DNA of 64,000 bases from Bryobacterales bacterium (lineage in GTDB: Bacteria > Acidobacteriota > Terriglobia > Bryobacterales > UBA6623): the NCBI GenBank assembly GCA_963422375.2, contig OY729428.2, forward strand, positions 3,424,001 through 3,488,000, in the 5' to 3' direction. Of this stretch, positions 53,340-63,471 are shown piece by piece; the first letter of the stretch is position 1; the number at the start of each line of letters is the position of its first letter. Under the pieces are notes generated by a model. It was given only the letters and a program-made list of their open reading frames with translations. It was not told where the DNA came from and did no database searches. The position numbers and the translations under genes were made by a program.

Positions 53340-55067
53340 ATGCGCGACCCAGCGACCTACCGCAGCAGCAAGTGGTTCCAAGGGGACCAGTACGAGCATC
53401 TCGCCCGGCGCGCGTGGCTCCGCTCGGAAGGCTTCACGGACGCCGCGTTCGACGGTCGGCCCGTGATCGGCATCTGCAATTCGTGGTCCGAGCTCACGAA
53501 CTGCAACGCCCACCTGAGGCAGGTCGCGGAGGCGGTCAAGCGGGGCGTGTGGGCGGCGGGCGGCGTGCCGCTGGAGTTCCCGACCATCTCGCTCGGCGAG
53601 ATGTTCATGAAGCCGACGACGATGCTGTTCCGCAACCTGATGTCGATGGACGTGGAGGAATCGATCACCGCGAATCCCATCGACGGGGTGGTGCTGCTGT
53701 GCGGTTGCGACAAGACGACTCCCGCGCAGCTGATGGGGGCGGCCTCGGCCAACATCCCGTCGATCATGGTGACCGGCGGCCCCATGCTGTCGGGCCGCTG
53801 GCACGGCGAGCCGCTCGGCTCCGGCACCGACGGCCGCAGGCTCTTCGAAGAGCTCCGCGCGGGGCGCATCGGCGAGGAGCAGTGGGCGGAAGTCGAGGGC
53901 TGCATTTCCCGCAGCGCGGGTCACTGCACGGTCATGGGCACGGCCTCGACCATGGCCTCCATGGCGGAGGCGCTCGGCATGATGCTCTCGGGAGGCGCGG
54001 CGATTCCCGCGGTCGATTCTAGGCGCTACCAGCTGGCCGAGGCCAGCGGCAGGCGCATCGTCGAGATGGTCGCCGAGGACCTGACCCCGTCCAAGATCCT
54101 GACGCGTCAGGCATTCGAGAACGCAGTTCGCGCCGACATGGCGATCGGAGGATCGACCAATGCCGTGGTCCACCTGCTGGCGATCGCCGGGCGCGCCGGC
54201 GTCAGCCTGACTCTGGACGAGTTCGACCGGCTCTCGCGCGAGACGCCCTATATCGCCAACGTCAAGCCATCCGGGCGGCACTTGATGGAGGACCTGTATT
54301 ACGCGGGCGGCCTTCCCTGCGTCCTGAAGGAGCTCCTGCCTCTGCTGCACGGGGACGCCCTCACGGTCAGCGGGCGCACGCTGAGCGAGGAAGTCGCCCA
54401 TGTCGAAGTCCGCAACCGGGACCTCGTGCGGCCGCTGGACGCGCCTCTCCACGCGGAAGGAGGCACCGCCATCCTGCACGGCAACCTCGCGCCCGACGGA
54501 GCCGTGATCAAGCAGACGGCCGCCTCGCCGCACCTGCTCCGGCACCGCGGCAAGGCGCTCGTATTCCAGCGGTACGAGACGCTCCGCGCCTGCATCGACG
54601 ACGACCTCGACGTCGACGGCAACACGGTCCTAGTCCTGCAGAACGCCGGGCCGCACGGCGGGCCGGGATTCCCGGAATGGGGGCACCTGCCAATTCCGGG
54701 CAAGCTGCTGAGGGCGGGAGTGAAGGACATCGTCCGCGTTTCGGACGCCCGCATGAGCGGCACGAGCTTCGGTACGGACGTCCTCCACGTCTCCCCCGAA
54801 GCGGCGGTCGGCGGGCCTCTGGCCGCGGCGCGGACCGGCGACGAGATCGAGCTCGACGTGCCAGCCCGCAGGATCGACCTGCGCGTCGAAGAGAACGAGA
54901 TCCGCCGCCGGCTCGCGGAGCGCATGCCCCGGCCGCCGCCCTACCGGCGCGGCTACGGAAAGCTCTTCCTCGACCAAGTGACCCAGGCCCACGAAGGCTG
55001 CGACTTCCGATTCCTCATGCGCGAGACGGAGATCGGCCCGGGCGTGTCGACGCCGCCTCAAGCCTGA
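53340..55067 (+). CDS. IlvD/Edd-family dehydratase, probably sugar-acid (L-arabinonate-type)
   Basis: WSELTNCN, PTTMLFRNL, GCDKTTP, GHCTVMGTASTM, GGSTN, SDARMSGT. Confidence 0.88.
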   Translation: MRDPATYRSSKWFQGDQYEHLARRAWLRSEGFTDAAFDGRPVIGICNSWSELTNCNAHLRQVAEAVKRGVWAAGGVPLEFPTISLGEMFMKPTTMLFRNLMSMDVEESITANPIDGVVLLCGCDKTTPAQLMGAASANIPSIMVTGGPMLSGRWHGEPLGSGTDGRRLFEELRAGRIGEEQWAEVEGCISRSAGHCTVMGTASTMASMAEALGMMLSGGAAIPAVDSRRYQLAEASGRRIVEMVAEDLTPSKILTRQAFENAVRADMAIGGSTNAVVHLLAIAGRAGVSLTLDEFDRLSRETPYIANVKPSGRHLMEDLYYAGGLPCVLKELLPLLHGDALTVSGRTLSEEVAHVEVRNRDLVRPLDAPLHAEGGTAILHGNLAPDGAVIKQTAASPHLLRHRGKALVFQRYETLRACIDDDLDVDGNTVLVLQNAGPHGGPGFPEWGHLPIPGKLLRAGVKDIVRVSDARMSGTSFGTDVLHVSPEAAVGGPLAAARTGDEIELDVPARRIDLRVEENEIRRRLAERMPRPPPYRRGYGKLFLDQVTQAHEGCDFRFLMRETEIGPGVSTPPQA

Positions 55068-55719
55068 CTCCCCGACGCCACCGAGCCTCGCACGAGGGGC
55101 GTGGAGATCGGGTCGGCGCGTACGAGGCAGCACGACCGCGCGCCTCGGCGGGAATCGAGCCCGAACGCCCGCTCGCCCGGCAAGTCACGGGATCTCCAAG
55201 CCACGGTGATTCACGCATGAGGTGCGACGGCCGGAAGCCGTCCCCAGCGCGGCCGGCAAGGACGGCTGGACTCGGACGGTCCGGCAACGAATGTCCCGCA
55301 GGACAGCCGAACCGACACGCGATTCCATGGCTCCGTGAATGATTCGGGCGAGGCCGGGCCTGACAGCCCAGGTCGGCTTGCCGGAGGATTGCTGAATCGC
55401 CTTGACTGACCAAGGTCAGTGTCGCTGAGTGGATATCATGGACAATCTGCACCGGATTCTACACGAATCCGAGTAATCGGACCTCTGTCGAGGCACCAGC
55501 TAGCCTCCAATGATTGAGAACACTTGACCGCCTTCGCAGCGCTCCGTTTCCAGCGCAATGAACCGGTCGTATTGGCAATTGGAATCGATCCGCATCGGGC
55601 ATCCGCACACTCGTCCGACTGCCTGCGGCGCAATGCGCCGCACCGAAGGGGCATGAACCTCGGGACGGGTTTACGACAGCGCGACCGAGCGCGGCCCGGG
55701 GCCTTGTCGAACCATCACC

Positions 55720-58098
55720 CTAGTTGAACCACACCGGGCTGGCCCAGCCCTTGTTGGTGTCTAGCTGCTCCATGCGGAGGTAATAGTAGTCCCCCGGACT
55801 AGGCGCCTCGCGGTCCTCGAACTCGAACTCGAAGTCCATCGGTCCGTCGGCGTTCACCAGCTCGCATTCCAGTTCGAAGAACACCTCGCGGCCCATCATC
55901 CTGAGATACCTGTGCTCTCGGGGCTTCTCGCCCCGCCCGGTCCAGCGAAAGTACCCGTCCCGGCGCAGGACGTCCAGCGGAATCGCCACTTCGATCATCC
56001 CCAGGTCGGGGTCCTGCAGCTTGAACTGCAGAGGCCCCTCCACGCCATCAACGCGCACCAGCATGCCGTCGCGGTCGTTCGACGTAGCGGCCGTCGTCCA
56101 GCGCACGGCGGCGCCGTCCTGCCGCATCGACTCGAATTCCTGGTCCCGGTGCAGGTGCCGCTGCAACCGCAAGGGGCCGGACTTGGCCGAGAGCTCGCCT
56201 TCCCCGAGTCCCACGTTGGCGCGGCGCTGGTAGATGTTGTCGCCCCACACGATCCGGGCCAGGGAGCCGCGGTTGCGGGCGGGATGGGCCGCGTGAATGA
56301 CCCGCCCGTTCTTGAGGAGTTCCACGCGCGTCAGAGGCTGCGTGCCGGACACGCGCCCGTGGATCCGCGGGGTCTCGTGGTGAGCCGACGGAATCTCGCC
56401 TCCCATCGCCTCTCCGTCGACGGCGAATTCCATCAGGATGCGCTCGTTCCCGGTCACCCCGAACGTGCGCCGCTGGTACAGGCCGTCCCAGATCGCGTCC
56501 CGCGACCGGTCATGCGAAAACACGCCCGTCAGGGGGTTCGTCATCGTGTAGATCAGGCCGGGATAAGAGTTCCCGAAGCCGACCGTGTGGTTGTCGCTGG
56601 AGGCCGTGGCGGCGAGCCGGAGCCCGGATTCCAGGTGCTTCTGCCACGATTCCTCGAAGACTCCATGCACCGACGCGATCTCGAAGCTGCGCTCGATGCG
56701 CGGGTCCGTCCGATGATTCCAATTCGGCGGGCCGCCGCCCACGTGCGGGATCACCATGGCAGGCACTCCGGAACGCTCGAGGACGTCCATCATGCGGCCG
56801 ACGTCGGCGCGGTTCTGCGACGGGTCGAGCTGCATGGTCGTCGGGGCGTCGTCGGAGTTGTAGAAGACGTTGTGATGCCCTCCCAAGGCCGTTCCGACGC
56901 TGTATTCGTAACCGAGGATCGTAACGAAGTCGTTCCAGCCGTTCATGCGCTTGTTGGCTCGAATCAGGTCGGGCCAATTGTCGCGAGGGTCCCGGTACTT
57001 CTCGAAGTGGTATGCCGGGCCGGTCACTCCCAGCGGCATGTGGTGAGGAGTGAGGGAGCCGAAGTCGAGCATTCCGTAGCGCCGCGCATGCAGGTACAGC
57101 TCCTCGTAGACGCCGCGGCCGTCGTGCAGGTACGTGTGCTGGTGCAGATCCCCGAAGTACACGCGACGCTTGGGGTGCCTCTCCACGCGGATGGGGTTGC
57201 TGGTACCGCGTAGCATTCCGTCGCCCGTCCTGACCTCGAGGCGGTACACGCCGGGCTGGTTCGCAAGAACGCCCGCGGCAACGTAGTGCAGCAGGTCCGG
57301 GTCATACTCGAACCGCGTCGCGCCCAGCGTCGGGTCGACGAACTCGAGCTCAAGGCCTTGGTAATCGGCAGCCAGGCATCCCCAGTCGTCGCTCGGAACC
57401 ACCTCGACGCTGAATCGCTCTCCGACAGCGGCGAAGGCGGGAGCGTACACGCGCAGCTTGGAAGCGGGGCCGCCGACCACCTTGAGGAATGCGTCCCCGC
57501 CATAGTCGCGGGGCTTCTTGTCCGGGCCGACGATCACGATGCGGAAGTTGAACAGATTCTCGGCATAGTGCTGCATGCGAACGCCTCTGGCGCCTCCGAG
57601 GTCCAGATATACCTTGTCCCCCGGACGCAGGGCGCCGGATTCCAAGGTCGCGCCGACGGTCCTGCGATAGGGAAAGACGCTGGGGGTGTTGCGCTGAACG
57701 TAGTTCGTGAAGACGTGGGGAGTGAGCACGACGCCGGGAGCGCTGGTCTGCACGGCGAAGTGGGCCGGGGCGCTCTCGCGGTCCACCTGAAAGCCTTCCG
57801 CGTCGCTTGTGAAATGCTTCCAGGCCTCAATCGACTCGCCTCGGGCAACGCCGGCCTCTCCGACTTCGTATTCGATCCGAATCCGATGCCTCTCCCCAGC
57901 CTGGACGACCGGCGAGCTGAGGAGCTTCACCTGTCCCTGCAGCGGGAATCCCGGCGGCATGTACCCGCCCGGACGGTACTCCATCCTCAGGCTGGCCGGA
58001 TCTTCGGCCCCCGGCCCCGCCCGCGCGGCACGGTCCGCCGCTACGTACCAAAGGGAGATCGCGGCGACCAGCGCGGCTAGCAGGACGTGGGCTTTCAT
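55720..58098 (-). CDS. DUF3604-like exported PHP/metallohydrolase-fold protein
   Basis: Signal peptide; YFGDLHQHT, PHH, GYEYS, GHHNV, IPHVGG, SSDNH; YYYLRMEQ...WASPVW C-terminus. Confidence 0.75.
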   Translation of the reverse strand: MKAHVLLAALVAAISLWYVAADRAARAGPGAEDPASLRMEYRPGGYMPPGFPLQGQVKLLSSPVVQAGERHRIRIEYEVGEAGVARGESIEAWKHFTSDAEGFQVDRESAPAHFAVQTSAPGVVLTPHVFTNYVQRNTPSVFPYRRTVGATLESGALRPGDKVYLDLGGARGVRMQHYAENLFNFRIVIVGPDKKPRDYGGDAFLKVVGGPASKLRVYAPAFAAVGERFSVEVVPSDDWGCLAADYQGLELEFVDPTLGATRFEYDPDLLHYVAAGVLANQPGVYRLEVRTGDGMLRGTSNPIRVERHPKRRVYFGDLHQHTYLHDGRGVYEELYLHARRYGMLDFGSLTPHHMPLGVTGPAYHFEKYRDPRDNWPDLIRANKRMNGWNDFVTILGYEYSVGTALGGHHNVFYNSDDAPTTMQLDPSQNRADVGRMMDVLERSGVPAMVIPHVGGGPPNWNHRTDPRIERSFEIASVHGVFEESWQKHLESGLRLAATASSDNHTVGFGNSYPGLIYTMTNPLTGVFSHDRSRDAIWDGLYQRRTFGVTGNERILMEFAVDGEAMGGEIPSAHHETPRIHGRVSGTQPLTRVELLKNGRVIHAAHPARNRGSLARIVWGDNIYQRRANVGLGEGELSAKSGPLRLQRHLHRDQEFESMRQDGAAVRWTTAATSNDRDGMLVRVDGVEGPLQFKLQDPDLGMIEVAIPLDVLRRDGYFRWTGRGEKPREHRYLRMMGREVFFELECELVNADGPMDFEFEFEDREAPSPGDYYYLRMEQLDTNKGWASPVWFN

Positions 58099-58344
58099 GT
58101 CCGGCCGATTGTACTGAATCGCAGGTCGTACCGCCCCCCGGGTGGCGGACCTCTGATATGCTGGCATCGGACGAGCGAAATGCATCTCGCCGATATCGCC
58201 GACAGACCGGGGGGATCCCGTCAGTCCTTGGCCGGCATGCCCGAGCGTCGGAGGAGTCGGGCGGCGACGGACCCGGGCGGGCGCAAGCAACTGCTTGCCG
58301 CCAGCCGGAGCAGCGGCGAAGTCGGAGGCCCGCAGCATCCCGGC

Positions 58345-59378
58345 ATGGCTAGCAAGGCCGGGCCACGGCGAAACCTGATCGCAACGGTCGCCGCGATCAC
58401 GCTGCTGGCCTGCGTTCCATCTCTCGAGGCGCAAGCGACCTTTACCAAGCGCGCCCCCCGGAACGCGCTTGAGGACGTTGATCGGATAGGCGACCGCAAC
58501 GTGACGGGGATTCTCAACCTCTTCTCGATGCGACAGGAGACTCGTCTTGGCCGGAACGTCCACCAACGCGTGATGCGTGGGATGAAGATGATCGACGATC
58601 CCGTTATCACCGAATATGTGAACCGCATCGGTCAGAACCTAGCGAGGAACTCGGACATCAAGGTGCCTCTCGTCATCCAAGTTGCCCACGACGAGTCGAT
58701 TAACGCCGCCGCAATGCCCGGAGGGTATTTCTACGTGAATTCCGGGCTGATCCAGTTCGCGTCGGACGAGGCCGAGTTGGCCGGCGTCATGGGGCACGAG
58801 ATCGTCCATATCGCGGGGCGACACACTACGCGGCAGATCAGCCGGACTAAATTGATCAACATGACCGCGGAGACGCTCTTGCGAAGCTTCGGCGGGGACA
58901 ACTGGGGCACGGCCGTGGCGGTCATCGCCGCCAACGTCGCCCTGCCTCTCACCTACCTGTCTCGCGCGACTTCGGGAAGAAAGCCGACTTCCTAGGCCTG
59001 CAGTACCTCTACAAGACCGGCTACGACCCGCTCGCGATGGTGCGGTTCTTCGAGAAACTCACCACTCGCGAGAAGCGCAAGAAGGGCTTCGTCACAGCGG
59101 CCTTCCGCTCCCACCCGATGTCGAGAAAGCGCGCTGCGCGGGTGCAGAAGGCCATAGGGGAGCTTCTGCCAGACCGGCCGGAGTACAAGGTATCCAACAG
59201 CGAGTTCGAAGCGGTCAAGGCTCGTATCGGCAGACTCTACGGAGAGGCGAGCTGGGATCGCGAGGAGACGGACCGGCCCGTCATCCTGAGGCGGCGGCCC
59301 GGCCCCTCCGACGAGGAACAAGACGACGCCGGCGACGAGCGTCCCAAGATCACCCGACGTCGGCCAAAGAAGACCTAG
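58345..59378 (+). pseudogene. M48-family zinc metalloprotease, frameshifted
   Basis: INAAAMPGG, ELAGVMGHEIVH; frameshift at ~58960, after which SRDFGKKADFLGLQYLYKTGYDPLAMVRFFEKL continues to 59378. Confidence 0.82.
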
Positions 59379-59426
59379 CGGAAGGTCTTCGGGTCGTGCC
59401 GGCGTGACCGGGGTATAGTCGATGGA

Positions 59427-60062
59427 ATGAAGCGCTGGGTCATAGCAGCGTGGCTTGCGGGAGCGGCCTTGCTAGCCTCCGACGTGGGCATGGCTCCGCT
59501 GGTGTTCCGCGAGGACTGGACCGCGACTCCTCCCTCGCTGCCGCTGACGCAACGGGACGTGGCAAACCCCGCATTGAAGCTGGCCGTCCACGGCAAGGGC
59601 GGTCCGTTGCTCAAGAAGAGCTTCCACTCCGCAAGGCACTGGGATCCCCACTATGTCTGGTCGGGCCTCTCAAGCGTGCCTTGGGCAGCGAGTCTCTCCT
59701 TGGCGGACGGCAGCCTGATGGACCTGACCGGCACCGCGACGGTGCGCTGGCGGAGCCGCCAATCGGGCTTCCGGGCGCTGCGCGCCGTGATCGAACTGGA
59801 CGGAGGCGAGTGGCTGGTGAGCGAGGCATCCGATCCCGAATCCGCGCAATGGCACGTCCACGAGTTCGCGTTCTCGGCTACCCGCTGGCGACGCCTAACC
59901 GTCGAAACGGTCACCGAGGGCGGCTGGGAACCGCGCCCGGACCTGAGCCGAGTCCGATCCGTCGGATTCACCGACCTGATGCCAGGAGGGCGCAGCGGTG
60001 CCTGCTCGCGGCTAGACTGGATCGAGGTGTACGGTCGGCAAGTTCCCACGAGTCAGCGGTAG
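59427..60062 (+). CDS. Exported hypothetical protein (possible galactose-binding-like fold)
   Basis: Signal peptide; Trp-rich; DLSRVRSVGFTDLMPG...SRLDWIEVYG. Confidence 0.65.
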   Translation: MKRWVIAAWLAGAALLASDVGMAPLVFREDWTATPPSLPLTQRDVANPALKLAVHGKGGPLLKKSFHSARHWDPHYVWSGLSSVPWAASLSLADGSLMDLTGTATVRWRSRQSGFRALRAVIELDGGEWLVSEASDPESAQWHVHEFAFSATRWRRLTVETVTEGGWEPRPDLSRVRSVGFTDLMPGGRSGACSRLDWIEVYGRQVPTSQR

Positions 60063-60213
60063 GGCGGGAGCGTGCCGGGTGTGCGCGAAGAAAGACCCCG
60101 GCCGCCGGCAAGGCGCGGGCGGGACCATTCAAGTCCGATGAGCGCTCGGCGGCCAACGAGGCGTCCGGCGGCTTTTCAATCGCAGCTCGGCAAGTCGCGA
60201 ATCGGGTAGCTGG

Positions 60214-61933
60214 CAGCAATTCTCAATTTTGGGATTTCCAGAGTGTCTGAGAAGGCTGTCGAAGGCCGTCTGGCGCAGGCAGGCACTTGTACTCTTGCGC
60301 GCGGATTTTCTGAGTTGAGATGTAGGCCCCATGTCCTGGACTCGCTCCCGAGCGCCTTCCGCGAGACGGCCGCCGGCCGGCCAGACTGTCGCACGGGTAG
60401 CCACACGCGCTACGCGGTGAGCGACGCCGCCGGTTGCGCCCCGGCCTGCTGCTGCACCCAGTGCGAGTCGTTCCTCGCGTTCCAGCGGCGCATGGAGCGG
60501 GACGGCTCCCGCTCCAACTGCCGGACCCCATTCGGCGTGGGCCGCAGCCCCTGCGACAACCGGATCCGCAACTTGCTCGACGGCCACGACCCGGCTGCGT
60601 TCGACTCGCTGTTCCGGCTGTGCCTCGAAACCGTGGCCGCGCAGGGCGCGCTCGCGCCCTTCCAGCGCCTCGACGAGCGCCTGCCGGCGGCTCCGGACGG
60701 CGTCCGGTTCCAGCGCTCCGACAAGGTGCATTGCCCGCAGTGCTCGGTGCCGCACGTCGGCAGCGAGCGCCGGCCGCATCACTTCCACACCATGGCCGCG
60801 GCCGTCGCGGTGGCCAACGGCCACGGCACCGTCCTGCCGCCGATGCCCGAGTTCGCGTGCCCGCAGCAGGACGCGGCCGCGACCCGCGCCGACATGAGCG
60901 AGGACGAGCGCAAGCGGGACTGCGAGCGCAACGCCGCCAAGCGCTGGATTGCCGCTCACGGCGCCTAGCTGCAGGCCTGCCGCCCCGTGCTGCCGGGCGA
61001 CGACCTGTACTGCTGCCAGCCGCGCTGCGCGGCCGCCGAAGCCGCCGGCATTGACTACATCCTGGCATGCAAGCCCGGATCCCACAAGAAATTGTACGAG
61101 GGGCTGAAGAGCCGGCAGGCGAAGGGCCCAGTGCAATCGACCGGCTGGCTGCGGCGCCCCGGGCAGGGCAAGCGGTCCGAGCGGCACCGCTTCCGCTGGA
61201 CGGACGCGGTGCCCCTGCGCAAGGGCCGCGAGGCCCTGCAGGGCACTTGGATCGAGTACGCCGTGGAGCGCGGCGGCAAGCGCACCTGCACCAACAGCTT
61301 CTTCGCCCATCTCGCGGTCGCCGCGGACAACGCGGAGCGGATCGCGCGGGCCGGCCGGGCGCGCTGGAAGATCGAGAACGAGGACTTCAATTGCCTGGCG
61401 CGGCACGGCGACAACTTCAAGCGCAACTTCGGGCACGGCAAGGCCGCGCCGGCCAACGTGCCGGCCGTGCTGAACCTGTTCGCTTTCGCGCTCCATGCCA
61501 TGCTGCAGTGCGTCTGCGCGCTGTGGCAGCAGTGCCGGCGCAAGCGCGTAACCCGCCGCGCCCTGTTCCGGCAGCTGCAGATCGCACCGAGCTGCTACTG
61601 CTTCCCCGACTGGCCGACCCTGCCGGCGGCGGTGCGCGACGGACGCGCGCCGCCGGGCTGGCAGCCGGCCCCGGCCGGGGCCTGGACTCCGCGCAAGTTC
61701 GTGCCGGCAGCGTCCGGCGAGCGGTCGGCCTTGGCAGCCGGCTACCGCCGGAGTGCGTCCAGCCGCGGGCCGTCACTAGGCAGACCCGCTGCGGGGGCCG
61801 CGCCACGGCCCTGCCTGCCGTCCGACGCCCCCGCGGGGCGGCCTCAGTAGCGCGACCTCTCGGTCAAGTGGATCATCTCATCCTCCTGAACAACGTTCAC
61901 GCACCATCTTGATGGCCAACTTTAGAATCGCTC
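60214..61933 (+). mobile_element. ISNCY-type insertion sequence with pseudogenised transposase
   Basis: 9-bp TSD GGTAGCTGG (60205-60213 and 61934-61942); imperfect TIR CAGCAATTCTCAATTTTGG / GAGCGATTCTAAAGTTGG; motifs SFLAFQR, DCERNAAKRW, GDDLYC, GRARWKIENE, NFGHG; in-frame TAG at 60966. Confidence 0.85.
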
Positions 61934-62286
61934 GGTAGCTGGTGACTCGCACGGCGGCGGGCTCTCACCGTAGGATCGGCTGAGTACCGTGGCGGACGCT
62001 TGCGAGCCCGCCCCTTGCGACTAGGCGGTGTAGTCCCTCAACGGACCGCGGGGGCCGGTCCGGTCCGGCCGCGCCGCGCGCTCCCGGCGATTCCCGTAGG
62101 AGCCGCGCCGCGAGCGAGATCCGGGACCAACTCGGTCGGCAGATAAGGCGCGCCGAAGACCGCGCCGGCCTCGCTGCGCCCGACATCGCCAGAGGCAAGG
62201 GCATCGGGTCGCGCCACCCCTGGCTTTCGAGTAGAATTGCTTGCGACGGGACCTGAAATGAATCCCCGCGCCCGCGCAACCGGAAC

Positions 62287-63471
62287 ATGACACAAACCGA
62301 GGCACGCTGGCAGAGCAGCGTTAGCCGAAGGAACGCCCTCGGCTCCCTAGGCGCCTTCATGGCAGGGGCCCGCCTAGCATGCGCCCAGAGGGATCCCTTT
62401 CGCGACCACAGCCGGGTAGCCGGTCTCGAAGAGATGCGAGATGTTTTCGACTTCGAGGCCGCCGCCTACGAGCGGCTCGACCGCGCCAATTACAACTACA
62501 CCGCGCGAGGCGGCGGCAGCGAGTTCACCGCACGGCGCAACCGAGACGCCTTCGACTGGGTCAGCCTCGTCCCGCGCGTGGCAGGCGCGAACGGGGCACT
62601 GAAGACCTCCGCCGAGATTCTCGGCACCCAGATGCGCTACCCGATCATGGCCGCGCCCTCGTCCGGGCACGCGGCGCTGCATCCCGACAAGGAAGAGGGG
62701 ACATACGAGGGTTGCACGACGGCGTCCGAAACGCCGATGATCCTGAGCCACGCAGCGAGCATGACGTTCACGGACCTAGCCAAGAACAAAGGCGGGCCGC
62801 TCTGGTTCCAGTTGTACGCGAGGCGCGAGTTGGAGCAGAATCGCGAGCCGTGCGTATCCGCCCAGATTGCCGGTGCAGGCGCCATCGTCGTCACGGTCGA
62901 CCAGCAAGCCTCCTTCTACGATCGTGCATCCCACGACCGCAACCTATCGCTGCGGCCGCGGCGCCCGGCGCGCCTGAGCGGCAACACGGCCCGGTATCGA
63001 TTCTCGGAGGGCAGGATCTGGTACGAGTGGGCTCTGTTCGAGGCTCTCCGTTCGATGGTGGAGGTGCCGTTGCTTGCCAAGGGCCTGCTGACGGCGGAAG
63101 ACGCGGCGCTAGCCGTCGAGTTCGGTCTCGACGGCATCGTGGTCTCGAACCACGGCGGGCGCACGCTGGACTACACCCCGTCTACCCTCGAGGTTCTTCC
63201 CGAAATCGTCGAAGCCGTAGCGGGACGCATTCCCGTCTTGATCGACAGCGGTTTCCGGCGCGGGAGCGACGTGCTAAAGGCGCTGGCCCTCGGAGCCGAC
63301 GCCGTGTGCTTGGGACGCGTGCCCCGGTGGGGCTTGGGCTCGTTCGGCGCTCCGGGAGTGACACGCGTGCTCCGGATGGTTCAGGAAGGCTTGGAGGACG
63401 CCATGAGACTGTGCGGAGTGCGCAGCCTGGCCTCGCTCGACAGGAACATAGTGAAGGTCGACTTTCCGTGA
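62287..63471 (+). CDS. FMN-dependent alpha-hydroxy-acid oxidase/dehydrogenase with twin-Arg N-terminus
   Basis: SRRNALG; WFQLY, VTVD, KG, SNHGGR, DSGFRRGSDVLKALALGA, LGR. Confidence 0.9.
   Translation: MTQTEARWQSSVSRRNALGSLGAFMAGARLACAQRDPFRDHSRVAGLEEMRDVFDFEAAAYERLDRANYNYTARGGGSEFTARRNRDAFDWVSLVPRVAGANGALKTSAEILGTQMRYPIMAAPSSGHAALHPDKEEGTYEGCTTASETPMILSHAASMTFTDLAKNKGGPLWFQLYARRELEQNREPCVSAQIAGAGAIVVTVDQQASFYDRASHDRNLSLRPRRPARLSGNTARYRFSEGRIWYEWALFEALRSMVEVPLLAKGLLTAEDAALAVEFGLDGIVVSNHGGRTLDYTPSTLEVLPEIVEAVAGRIPVLIDSGFRRGSDVLKALALGADAVCLGRVPRWGLGSFGAPGVTRVLRMVQEGLEDAMRLCGVRSLASLDRNIVKVDFP

Noticed and set aside
55330..55620. Lower-GC intergenic patch with a ParE-like fragment (NPVQIVHDIHSA)
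   Set aside because: Only a few residues match and the frames are full of stops
24310..60968. Stop-codon reassignment suggested by in-frame TAG/TGA in DUF29, higA, the 27800 gene and the ISNCY transposase
   Set aside because: Intact genes end normally in TAG and TGA; the affected genes mostly carry other lesions, and most of the stops fit single transitions from Gln or Trp codons
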